Below are positions 44,550 through 51,769 of a DNA stretch of 64,000 nucleotides, in pieces. The translations under genes and the position numbers were made by a program. Within the stretch, counting starts at the first letter, position 1. Every line of letters begins with the position of its first letter. Below the pieces are notes generated by a model, which had not been told where the DNA came from, searched no databases, and saw only the letters and a program-made list of their open reading frames with translations. The stretch comes from Candidatus Falkowbacteria bacterium. GTDB taxonomy: Bacteria; Patescibacteriota; Patescibacteriia; Patescibacteriales; UBA12465. The stretch covers positions 289,188 to 353,187 of the forward strand of contig JBAXJX010000001.1 of NCBI GenBank assembly GCA_037137655.1, read 5' to 3'.

Positions 44550-45246
44550 AAAAAATCTCAGCCGTTGTAGCTAGAGGCGATATCAATCCGACTGTTGCTT
44601 TTTTGTCAGGATAAACTTTAAAACCTTCGCGACTAATCCATAAACCACCAATCATTTCCGGAGACTGATTCTTTTGACAAGTAAATATTAAGCGGTAAAT
44701 AACGCTTTGTTTATTTCTTGATGGCGGAATAAAGAATTTTTGCAGATAGGAGGTATCATTGAAGATAAATACCTTAATAGCGGTCATGGTTGATAGATTG
44801 CCGTCATGACGAAATTTGCGCCATTCTGGGTGCCAAATGCGACTAGCTCCATTTTCTTGTTTAACACAAAATGCTTGGCTCCAATCGATTTCTTCTTCGT
44901 AATTATTGGGGCTAACTCTTCGCCATAATTTTAACCCTTCGCCGATGACAAAATCAGTTTTGAAAGCTGTTTCGTTGTTTAGGGCAATTTTTTCATCCAT
45001 CCAAGCTAAATGATGCCCAAGGAAATTGCCAGCCAAGCTTTTAACAATACGAGTATCCTCTAAACCATTATTATAGTGAAAGAGGTTTAACCTGTTGTCA
45101 GTTGGTGCGCAGTCCAGTGATAATAAACCTTCAACCTGGTGGGCATTTTGTAGCTTTTGGGCAAATCTCTCCGCTTCGATTTTGTGCCATTGAGTTATTT
45201 CGACAATATTGTCAGAAATACCGAAATCATTTTTTACTTTTTCCAT
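44548..45246 (-). CDS. Hypothetical cytoplasmic protein (orphan minus-strand gene behind an attenuator-like leader)
   Basis: 232 aa. No signal peptide or TM, no motif I recognise. W/H-rich (WHPEWRKFRHDG). Confidence 0.7.
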   Translation of the reverse strand: MEKVKNDFGISDNIVEITQWHKIEAERFAQKLQNAHQVEGLLSLDCAPTDNRLNLFHYNNGLEDTRIVKSLAGNFLGHHLAWMDEKIALNNETAFKTDFVIGEGLKLWRRVSPNNYEEEIDWSQAFCVKQENGASRIWHPEWRKFRHDGNLSTMTAIKVFIFNDTSYLQKFFIPPSRNKQSVIYRLIFTCQKNQSPEMIGGLWISREGFKVYPDKKATVGLISPLATTAEIF

Positions 45247-45298
45247 GATTAATTAATTTTTAGATTAGACATTTATTTATATTTTATTGTTAAGAAAC

Positions 45299-45323
45299 AA
45301 AAAACCGGACTTTTGATCCGGTT
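45299..45323 (-). terminator. Intrinsic terminator inside the 5' leader of ORF 44548-45246
   Basis: Minus strand: aaccgga ucaaaag uccgguu followed by uuuu(g). Lies 53 nt upstream of the ATG. Confidence 0.5.
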
Positions 45324-45407
45324 GATTTTTATTGATGTGATTCGAGCCGTAAACTGGGAACTAATCTGCTTTTTTATCAATAAAAACCGTCCGGATATTC
45401 ATCCAGA
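45299..45407 (-). promoter_or_regulatory. Candidate four-region transcription attenuator
   Basis: Region 1 is ucuggau (45401-45407). Region 2 is auccgga-c-gguuuuuauugau (45376-45396). Region 3 is aucaauaaaaauc-aa-ccggau (45316-45336). Region 4 is uccgguu plus a U-run (45299-45309). Pairings 1:2, 2:3 and 3:4 are mutually exclusive. Confidence 0.45.
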
Positions 45408-45453
45408 AATTATTGTAATTGTTGCAGTAGTTTTTATTTAATAAATTTAGCAT
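45361..45453 (-). CDS. Candidate leaderless 30-aa leader peptide MLNLLNKNYCNNYNNFWMNIRTVFIDKKAD
   Basis: The ATG lies 6 nt after the -10 hexamer. 8 of 30 codons are Asn, with NNYNN directly 5' of attenuator region 1. The stop codon is inside the loop enclosed by regions 2 and 3. Confidence 0.3.
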   Translation of the reverse strand: MLNLLNKNYCNNYNNFWMNIRTVFIDKKAD

Positions 45454-45459
45454 ATACTA

Positions 45460-45487
45460 ATATTAGCATATATTTAATAATTGGCAA
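45460..45487 (-). promoter_or_regulatory. Minus-strand promoter TTGCCA-N16-TGcTAATAT
   Basis: Plus-strand tggcaa 45482-45487 and atatta 45460-45465. Flanked by a 10-nt direct repeat ttagcatata (45447-45456, 45463-45472). Confidence 0.55.
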
Positions 45488-45522
45488 GACTATGCTATAA
45501 TTTTGAATATAATAATAAATTT

Positions 45523-46317
45523 ATGACTAAAAAAACAATTTTAATTACTGGAGCGCGGGGTGGGATTGGCCGGGACGCGGCCATGGCTTTAGCGACTTTG
45601 GGACATCGAGTTATCGCCACTGTTCATCGCGAAGAATCAATAGAGCCATTATTGGCTGATGCTAAGAAGCGTGGCGTGGAACTTGAGGTTTTTAAATTAG
45701 ATATTACTAGTGCGAGTGATCGAGAAAAAATATTACCTTTAAATATTGACGTTTTAATAAATAACGCTGCAATTGGTGAAAGCGGATCTTTAAGTGAAAT
45801 ACCGATGGCACGCGTGCGGGCTAATTTTGAGACGAATTTGTTTGCTACGATTGAATTAAGTCAATTAGCCTTAAAGGGGATGATGACTAAAGACTCTGGT
45901 CAAATTATTTTTATCAGTTCGATCGCTGGTCGCATGCCAATGTCATTTTGGGGATCATATTGTATGACTAAATACGCCTTATCAGCCGCCGCAGATATTA
46001 TGCGCCAAGAATTAAGGGAAGTGAGTCGTAGTGTTCGCGTTTCAGTTGTTGAACCAGGAACTTACCATACCGGTTTTAATCAGAAGGTTATGGCCACTAA
46101 ATACACTTGGATGAATGAATCGTCTTACTTTTATAAAATTATAAGTAAAATAAAACAGCGCGAAGAAATGATGTTTAAAATTTTGGAACGTAAAACCACT
46201 AAAACAATTGTGGCTAAAATCGTTCAAGCCGTTTCAGCTAATAAGCCGCGTTTACGTTATACGGCGCCGTGGTGGCAAGCTTTTGGTGTCGCTATAGCTC
46301 GAATCTTTGGTAAATAA
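45523..46317 (+). CDS. Short-chain dehydrogenase/reductase (SDR)
   Basis: 264 aa from ATG 45523. TGARGGIGRDAA (TGxxxGxG), NNAA, and catalytic SS...YCMTKYAL (YxxxK). Confidence 0.9.
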   Translation: MTKKTILITGARGGIGRDAAMALATLGHRVIATVHREESIEPLLADAKKRGVELEVFKLDITSASDREKILPLNIDVLINNAAIGESGSLSEIPMARVRANFETNLFATIELSQLALKGMMTKDSGQIIFISSIAGRMPMSFWGSYCMTKYALSAAADIMRQELREVSRSVRVSVVEPGTYHTGFNQKVMATKYTWMNESSYFYKIISKIKQREEMMFKILERKTTKTIVAKIVQAVSANKPRLRYTAPWWQAFGVAIARIFGK

Positions 46318-46320
46318 TTT

Positions 46321-46352
46321 AAAAAAGAGTCCCGTAAAAGGGGCTTTTTTGT
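46321..46352 (+). terminator. Rho-independent terminator
   Basis: agagtccc gtaaaa ggggcttt followed by a T-run. Confidence 0.7.
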
Positions 46353-46357
46353 TGTCG

Positions 46358-46386
46358 TTGACAAAATATCATAAAAATGATACTAT
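46358..46386 (+). promoter_or_regulatory. Sigma70 promoter TTGACA-N17-TACTAT
   Basis: ttgaca 46358-46363; tactat 46381-46386. Confidence 0.7.
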
Positions 46387-46430
46387 AGATAGAATTATGC
46401 AGTTCCTAAACAATTTAATATATTAAAGCT

Positions 46431-47363
46431 ATGAAAAGTGATCTGAACAAGGTTTTTAGAGTTTATGCACCGCAATCCGGTGAATTAAAACATATCGAAC
46501 AAACAATTAGAAAAGCTTATTTGTTTTTCTTGCGAAAAGTTAGTAATTCTTATTACAGCTTAATTCTTAAACCATTAATGAAAATTAATGAGGATGTACC
46601 ATATTTAAGTGAATCTGAAATTGAGGAAATTGAAAACAAAGTTAATGACTTAAGTGATGGTGATTATCAACATAAAGAAGTTTTTCATGAAGCCTCAGCT
46701 CGAATCTCTGGCTTACGTAAAATTAATTACATCCGCTATTTATTGATGTGTGAGGGTTACCGCTCTTACAGAGCTTATGCCGATGGAAAGTTATCTATTG
46801 ATAGCCGGAGCGCCAAAATGGTTACGACTAATGTGGATATGGCTCAAATTAACCGTGATGTTGCCAATATGTCTTATTCTAAAATTAACTTTGAACATCC
46901 CAAGGAGAGAAAGTTGCTTTCAATTATAGATCATTACAGAGATGGCGTATTAATCTTTTTGGATAATAAAGACGCGATCAATTGTTTAGCTGATATAATT
47001 AGAGAACGTTTTCCTTTGACGGTTGTGGCTACTTTATTTTTTAATAAAGCTAAATATAAACATGTTCAGGTGGTTGATGATTTTAACAATGGAGCGATAA
47101 ATATTTTAATTGCCACCTCATTGCGTGAAACTCAAATTCTAGCTGGATCTGTAAAAGCTATAATCCATTATTCTTTGCCAAAAAATGATAGTTTACTGGA
47201 AAATCGTTGTTTATCACTTAGAAATACCGATGAACAATCAGTTTATTTTATCGTTTCTGATTACGAAGAGGCACACTATCGTCAATTGGTAAAAAAGAAT
47301 GGAATTAAATCGATTGATTTTAAAAGTTTTAATACCCAAATCAGTTTAGATTTTGCGGAATAA
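46431..47363 (+). CDS. Orphan helicase-C (RecA2)-like domain protein with degenerate motifs
   Basis: 310 aa. The C-terminal ~170 aa follow the DEAD-box C-domain pattern (GVLIFLDNKDAINCLADIIRERF...VVDDFNNGAINILIATS...IIHYSLPKN). Motif V/VI arginines are replaced, and there is no Walker A/DEAD domain. Confidence 0.6.
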   Translation: MKSDLNKVFRVYAPQSGELKHIEQTIRKAYLFFLRKVSNSYYSLILKPLMKINEDVPYLSESEIEEIENKVNDLSDGDYQHKEVFHEASARISGLRKINYIRYLLMCEGYRSYRAYADGKLSIDSRSAKMVTTNVDMAQINRDVANMSYSKINFEHPKERKLLSIIDHYRDGVLIFLDNKDAINCLADIIRERFPLTVVATLFFNKAKYKHVQVVDDFNNGAINILIATSLRETQILAGSVKAIIHYSLPKNDSLLENRCLSLRNTDEQSVYFIVSDYEEAHYRQLVKKNGIKSIDFKSFNTQISLDFAE

Positions 47364-47379
47364 TAAATTTCAAAACTAG

Positions 47380-47410
47380 AGCTCAAACATTTATTTGTTT
47401 GGGCTTTTTT
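47380..47410 (+). terminator. Rho-independent terminator
   Basis: agctcaaaca / tgtttgggct stem (one G.U) followed by tttttt. Confidence 0.75.
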
Positions 47411-47449
47411 ATTTACCTCGCCATAGTTTTAACGAAGGCAGGTTGCTAT

Positions 47450-47478
47450 TTACATTTTTTAGTTATTTATGTTATTAT
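47450..47478 (+). promoter_or_regulatory. Promoter TTACAT-N17-TATTAT for the thrS leader
   Basis: ttacat 47450-47455; tattat 47473-47478. Confidence 0.5.
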
Positions 47479-47479
47479 A

Positions 47480-47678
47480 GAGATAAGCTGATTGTTGAAA
47501 CTACCAATTTCAATTTTTGTCGGAAACGACCAGAAGGATTAAAATCCCCAAAGCTTAAAACAATTCTAAGTGTTTGCTCAATATTTTTTGGGTGAAAAAC
47601 TGGGTGGAACCGCGAGACTTATGTCCCGTCCCGGTCAATACATAATTTTTTTTGTGTATTAACCAGGGCGGGTTTTTT
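47480..47678 (+). promoter_or_regulatory. T-box riboswitch leader (threonine specifier) controlling thrS
   Basis: T-box sequence aaactgggtggaaccgcg at 47597-47614. Terminator helix 47625-47672 followed by tttttt. Upstream loop gaa-ACU-ACC-a (47500-47505) offers Thr codons. Sits immediately upstream of thrS. Confidence 0.8.
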
Positions 47679-47706
47679 GTTTTTAATAATAAATTAACAT
47701 AATTTT

Positions 47707-49455
47707 ATGAAAGAAGAATCACAAGTGGAAATTAAGCGTCATTCTTTGGCGCACTTATTGGCTTATGCTGTTTTAACAAAATATCCTAATGCCAAGTTGG
47801 CGATCGGACCAAGTGTTGATAATGGTTTTTATTATGACATTGATTTCGGCGATGCCAAATTAACCGACGCCGATTTGAAAGGTTTGGAAAAACAAATGAG
47901 TCATTTTATTAAACAGAATTTAAAATTCGAACGCAGCGAAATGCCAATCGCCGAAGCTTTAAAATTAGCCGAAGTGGAAAGTAACCCATACAAAACTGAA
48001 ATTATCTCTGATTTACAAAAAGCTGGTGAAACTGTGGTTAGTTTTTATAAAGTCGGAAACTTTACTGATTTATGTCGCGGACCTCACGTCGAAAGTACTC
48101 GTGATATTAAAGAGGGCAGTTTTAAAATCAATCGTTTGGCTGGTGCTTATTGGCGCGGTGATGAGAAAAATAAAATGTTGACTCGTGTTTACGGTTTAGC
48201 TTTTGATAATAAATTAGAACTTGATGAATATTTAAATTTAATGGCCGAAGCTGAGAAGCGTGATCATCGTAAATTAGGTAAGGAGTTGAACTTATTTATG
48301 AATCATGAATTTGCGCCTGGCATGCCTTTCTTTTTACCAAAAGGTATGATTATGGTGCAGGAGTTAATTAAGTTTGTGCGCGAATATTCTTATGGCGTTG
48401 GTTACCGTGAAGTGCGGACCCCGCAAATATTTAATTCTGAACTTTGGAAGATTTCTGGTCACTGGGAACATTATCAAGAGGATATGTTTTGTATGCATCA
48501 TGACGAGGATGATGTGGATTTAGGTCTTAAGCCAATGAATTGTCCAGCACATATGTTAGTGTTTAAACGTGATTTGCATTCTTATAAAGAATTACCTTTG
48601 CGTTTGGCAGAAACTACCACTTTATATCGTAATGAAAAGTCTGGCACTCTTCACGGTCTAACTCGCGTTCGTAGCTTGTCTCAAGATGATACTCATATCT
48701 TTTTACGTCCCGATCAAGTGTTAAGTGAAATTTCTGATTTGTTACAAAAAATTAAAAATATTTACAAAGTTTTTGATTTGCAAATTGATGAGATTCATTT
48801 ATCAACTCGCCCGGAAAAGTTTTTAGGTGAGAGAAGTGTGTGGGATCAAGCCGAGGATAATTTAAAAACTGCATTAACAGCAGCTAATTTGGAATATAAA
48901 ATCAATGAAGGTGATGGTGCATTTTATGGTCCAAAAATTGATGTGAAAATTAAAGATGCAATTGGTCGTCAATGGCAATTAGCTACTATTCAATTGGATT
49001 TCCAATTACCATTGCGTTTCGAATTAACTTACACTGATTCTGATGGTAGCGCTAAAACACCAGTAGTGATTCATAGAGCGCTACTTGGATCAATTGAACG
49101 TTTCTTTGGTATTGTTATTGAGCATTATGCCGGCGCTTTCCCATTATGGTTGTCACCGGTGCAAGTTAAATTAATTTCCGTGGCCGAAACTCACATTGCT
49201 TATTGCAAACAATTAGAGGAAGAGTTGCGTGGCCATGGTATTCGCGTGGAAATTGACGACACAGATTCAACTGTCGGTAATAAAATTAGAAAAGCGGTCA
49301 ATGAAAAGTCACCATACATGTTAGTGATCGGTGATAAAGAAGTAGCCGCACCAACTTTAAGCGTTAGAGCTCGAGGCGAACAGGAAGCAAAAGAATTCGC
49401 TAAAGATGCTTTTATTAAACAGTTATTAGAAGAAATTAAGACGATGGGTAAATAA
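47707..49455 (+). CDS. thrS: Threonyl-tRNA synthetase (lacks the N-terminal TGS domain)
   Basis: 582 aa. Starts in the editing domain (HSLAHLLAYAV), then a class II core (FRNEKSG-like YRNEKSGTLHGLTRVR, GPKID) and a C-terminal anticodon-binding domain. Confidence 0.97.
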   Translation: MKEESQVEIKRHSLAHLLAYAVLTKYPNAKLAIGPSVDNGFYYDIDFGDAKLTDADLKGLEKQMSHFIKQNLKFERSEMPIAEALKLAEVESNPYKTEIISDLQKAGETVVSFYKVGNFTDLCRGPHVESTRDIKEGSFKINRLAGAYWRGDEKNKMLTRVYGLAFDNKLELDEYLNLMAEAEKRDHRKLGKELNLFMNHEFAPGMPFFLPKGMIMVQELIKFVREYSYGVGYREVRTPQIFNSELWKISGHWEHYQEDMFCMHHDEDDVDLGLKPMNCPAHMLVFKRDLHSYKELPLRLAETTTLYRNEKSGTLHGLTRVRSLSQDDTHIFLRPDQVLSEISDLLQKIKNIYKVFDLQIDEIHLSTRPEKFLGERSVWDQAEDNLKTALTAANLEYKINEGDGAFYGPKIDVKIKDAIGRQWQLATIQLDFQLPLRFELTYTDSDGSAKTPVVIHRALLGSIERFFGIVIEHYAGAFPLWLSPVQVKLISVAETHIAYCKQLEEELRGHGIRVEIDDTDSTVGNKIRKAVNEKSPYMLVIGDKEVAAPTLSVRARGEQEAKEFAKDAFIKQLLEEIKTMGK

Positions 49456-49461
49456 AATATT

Positions 49462-50565
49462 ATGAATCCACTTTTAATCATGTCGCTAGTGGTAATTATT
49501 GTGGTGTTTGGTGGCCATTTATTTTTGTGGTCTACCTTGGTTAAATTTTATGCCATAGAAAGCTTGTATTGGCGCTATGGTTTATTGGCCGTTATTATTG
49601 TTTTGCTTTTAATTTTAGCGGCAGCCTTATGGTTGAAATTGCCTAACAATAATTTTTGGACCAATTTTCATGTGGGGGCTTTTTGGTGGATTGGTATTTT
49701 AGCCAATTTACTTATTTTCTCAACCTTAACTTGGATAATTTGGTTTAGTGCTAGTCGACTTAATTGTCCAGTAAATAGCCCGATTTTAATTAGTGTGATG
49801 CTGGGCTTAAGTCTACTTATTTCGATTATTGGGCTGATTAATGCTGCTCATCCGGCAATTGTAAATTTAGATCTAAGTTTGCCAAATTTACCGGAAGCCT
49901 GGAAGGGTAAAAAAATTGTACAGCTATCTGACATGCATTATGGCGCGATTAATAATGATGATTATCTGCAAAAAATTACTAATATTGTTAATGGTTTGCA
50001 CCCCGATTTAATCGTGTATACTGGCGATTTATTTGATGGTACTGGTGGGGCTGGTCCGAATTTTGCCAGCATTATAAATCAAATGAAGGCGACCAGTGGC
50101 TCGTATTTTGTTTTTGGCAATCATGAAACTTATTTTGGGATGGATGAGGTGAATAAACTTTTGGCCGAAACCAATCTTAAAGTTTTGCGCGACCAAAAAG
50201 TTGATCTTAATGGTTTGCAACTCGTCGGACTCGATGGCTGGAACTTTAACGGTCGCAGCGACTTAGCTCAAGTTTTTACTAAAATTAATCTCGATAAAAA
50301 TAAACCAAGTATCTTGCTGTATCATATTCCAGCGAATGTGCCAGAAATTAAAGCAGCCGGCATTAATTTGTGGTTAGCGGGGCACACGCACCGCGGTCAA
50401 CTTTGGCCCTTTAATTGGTTGGTTACTTTAATTTATAAGGGCTATGGTCATGGTTTATTTCAAGATAAAAACTTCATAACTTATGTTAGTGCTGGTGTCG
50501 GTACTTGGGGTCCACCAATGCGCACCTCCGGTCGCCCTGAGATTGTGGTGGTGAATTTGAAATAA
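49462..50565 (+). CDS. Membrane-anchored metallophosphoesterase (YkuE/YaeI-like)
   Basis: 367 aa. About 4 N-terminal TM helices, then LSDMHYG, GDLFDG, GNHE, GHTHRGQ. Confidence 0.85.
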   Translation: MNPLLIMSLVVIIVVFGGHLFLWSTLVKFYAIESLYWRYGLLAVIIVLLLILAAALWLKLPNNNFWTNFHVGAFWWIGILANLLIFSTLTWIIWFSASRLNCPVNSPILISVMLGLSLLISIIGLINAAHPAIVNLDLSLPNLPEAWKGKKIVQLSDMHYGAINNDDYLQKITNIVNGLHPDLIVYTGDLFDGTGGAGPNFASIINQMKATSGSYFVFGNHETYFGMDEVNKLLAETNLKVLRDQKVDLNGLQLVGLDGWNFNGRSDLAQVFTKINLDKNKPSILLYHIPANVPEIKAAGINLWLAGHTHRGQLWPFNWLVTLIYKGYGHGLFQDKNFITYVSAGVGTWGPPMRTSGRPEIVVVNLK

Positions 50566-50568
50566 TTT

Positions 50569-50808
50569 ATGTACCACCTCTACATCCTCCAATGTGCTGA
50601 TAAAAGTTTGTATACTGGCATCACGGTTGATTTGGTGCGGCGAGTAAGGGAACATAATAGTTCGAAGCTCGGCGCGAAGTACACTAAAATGCGGCGGCCG
50701 GTGCAATTGGTTTACAGTGAAGAATTTGCTGATCGCAGCGCGGCGAGCAAGGCGGAATACGAGATGAAGCAATTGACGCGGGAGCAGAAATTAAAATTGA
50801 TAAAATAG
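50569..50808 (+). CDS. GIY-YIG nuclease-family protein (UPF0213/YhbQ-like)
   Basis: 79 aa. YILQCADKSLYTGITVDLVRRVREHN...GAKYTKMRRPVQLVYSEEF. Confidence 0.88.
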   Translation: MYHLYILQCADKSLYTGITVDLVRRVREHNSSKLGAKYTKMRRPVQLVYSEEFADRSAASKAEYEMKQLTREQKLKLIK

Positions 50809-50814
50809 AATTTT

Positions 50815-50848
50815 AAAAGAGAAGTTGGAAACGACTTCTTTTTTTTAT
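50815..50848 (+). terminator. Rho-independent terminator
   Basis: agaagt tggaaacg acttct followed by tttttttt. Confidence 0.75.
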
Positions 50849-50867
50849 TTCACCTCGCCTAAAGCCT

Positions 50868-51205
50868 CTTATGAAACATTGCATCTGAAGCGAGTCGAGA
50901 CTTTTTACGGGAAATGTAGCCGCTAGGCGAATTTCGCGGAAAAAGGGCTCGATCGATTCGCCCAAGCGTAAAAAAGCTATTAAGTAAACGGAGTGAAATT
51001 ATATAGATTAGACTATTAAAATTGACGTGACCGAAGACTGAAAAAACGGTTATTTATTAATATAAAAAGAAAATAGCGCTTTTAATAATCTCCGGTAGAA
51101 TACCGTTAATTATGTGGGGCGAAGCGTGCAAATCTTTTTGAAAAGATTTCGCTAACGCTCAACCTTTCCAAGAAAGCTTCGCCCGCTTCAGGTACGGCAT
51201 TTTAG
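50868..51205. repeat. Nested-hairpin intergenic element, copy 2 (core inverted relative to copy 1)
   Basis: 51030-51192 is the reverse complement of 11860-12022 (151/163). The remainder is diverged but keeps the same hairpin skeleton. Confidence 0.85.
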
Positions 51206-51226
51206 GGAAGGCCACTGTTTAAAAAC

Positions 51227-51255
51227 TTGACATAAATCAAAAACTATGATAAAAA
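51227..51255 (+). promoter_or_regulatory. Promoter TTGACA-N17(TGa)-TAAAAA
   Basis: ttgaca 51227-51232; tga+taaaaa 51247-51255. Confidence 0.5.
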
Positions 51256-51302
51256 ATAGGTAATTAAATTTTCGAACATTCACAATTTAAATTATAGAAA
51301 TA

Positions 51303-51674
51303 ATGAAAAAGAAAAGTTTTTTATTGCTCACCGGCGCACTTATGATTGTCGCCTTTATTTGTTATCTAAGTGGTTATCATACAACCATTGTAATACGTCT
51401 AACTTTGAGTTTGCTTATCGGTCTGATAGCTGGTTTAATAGCAAATTTTTTTACCAGTGTTAGTGTGGTAGATTTGGTTGAACACGATAATCCGCTTAAA
51501 ATTGGAAAAATGCTTTTAGTTGGAATTATCGTTGGTGCGATCATGGCTCTTATTAATTATGGTTTTTATCACCAAGAATCTTTCGTTCTTTTTATCGGCT
51601 CGGTAATTGGCACTTTAATTAGCTGCTCTTACAAACAAGAAGACGATGACGAAGAAAAAGGTGGAAATATATAG
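51303..51674 (+). CDS. Small integral membrane protein, unknown function
   Basis: 123 aa, four TM helices, acidic C-terminal tail (QEDDDEEKGG). Confidence 0.65.
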   Translation: MKKKSFLLLTGALMIVAFICYLSGYHTTIVIRLTLSLLIGLIAGLIANFFTSVSVVDLVEHDNPLKIGKMLLVGIIVGAIMALINYGFYHQESFVLFIGSVIGTLISCSYKQEDDDEEKGGNI

Positions 51675-51688
51675 AATTTTTTCTCTCT

Positions 51689-51722
51689 AAGCCATATTAC
51701 ATTTTGTAGTGTGGCTTTTTTA
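51689..51722 (+). terminator. Rho-independent terminator
   Basis: aagccatattac atttt gtagtgtggctt (two G.U) followed by a T-run. Confidence 0.7.
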
Positions 51723-51752
51723 TTTGTCCAGTTTAATTTTAATTTAGCTTCA

Positions 51753-51761
51753 TGCTATAAT
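51753..51761 (+). promoter_or_regulatory. Extended -10 TGcTATAAT, 8 nt before the ATG (leaderless-type)
   Basis: tgctataat 51753-51761; ATG at 51770. Confidence 0.55.
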
Positions 51762-51769
51762 ATTAAAAC

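Noticed and set aside
45514-45531. 17-nt identity ataaatttatgactaaa shared with 52401-52417
   Set aside because: Both are AT-rich start-codon contexts encoding M-T-K. The flanks are unrelated, and a single match of this length is plausible by chance in 64 kb of AT-rich DNA.
47395-47595. 66-aa track ORF between ORF 46431-47363 and thrS
   Set aside because: It lies entirely within the T-box leader (promoter, specifier region and T-box sequence) and has no start context or conserved-looking sequence. It is better explained as regulatory RNA.
12201-50867. The 38.7-kb block between the inverted element copies as a genomic island, prophage or composite transposon
   Set aside because: The content is essential housekeeping (typA, greA, lysS, tyrS, thrS, tRNA-Gln). 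There are no integrase, transposase or phage genes and no visible compositional break.
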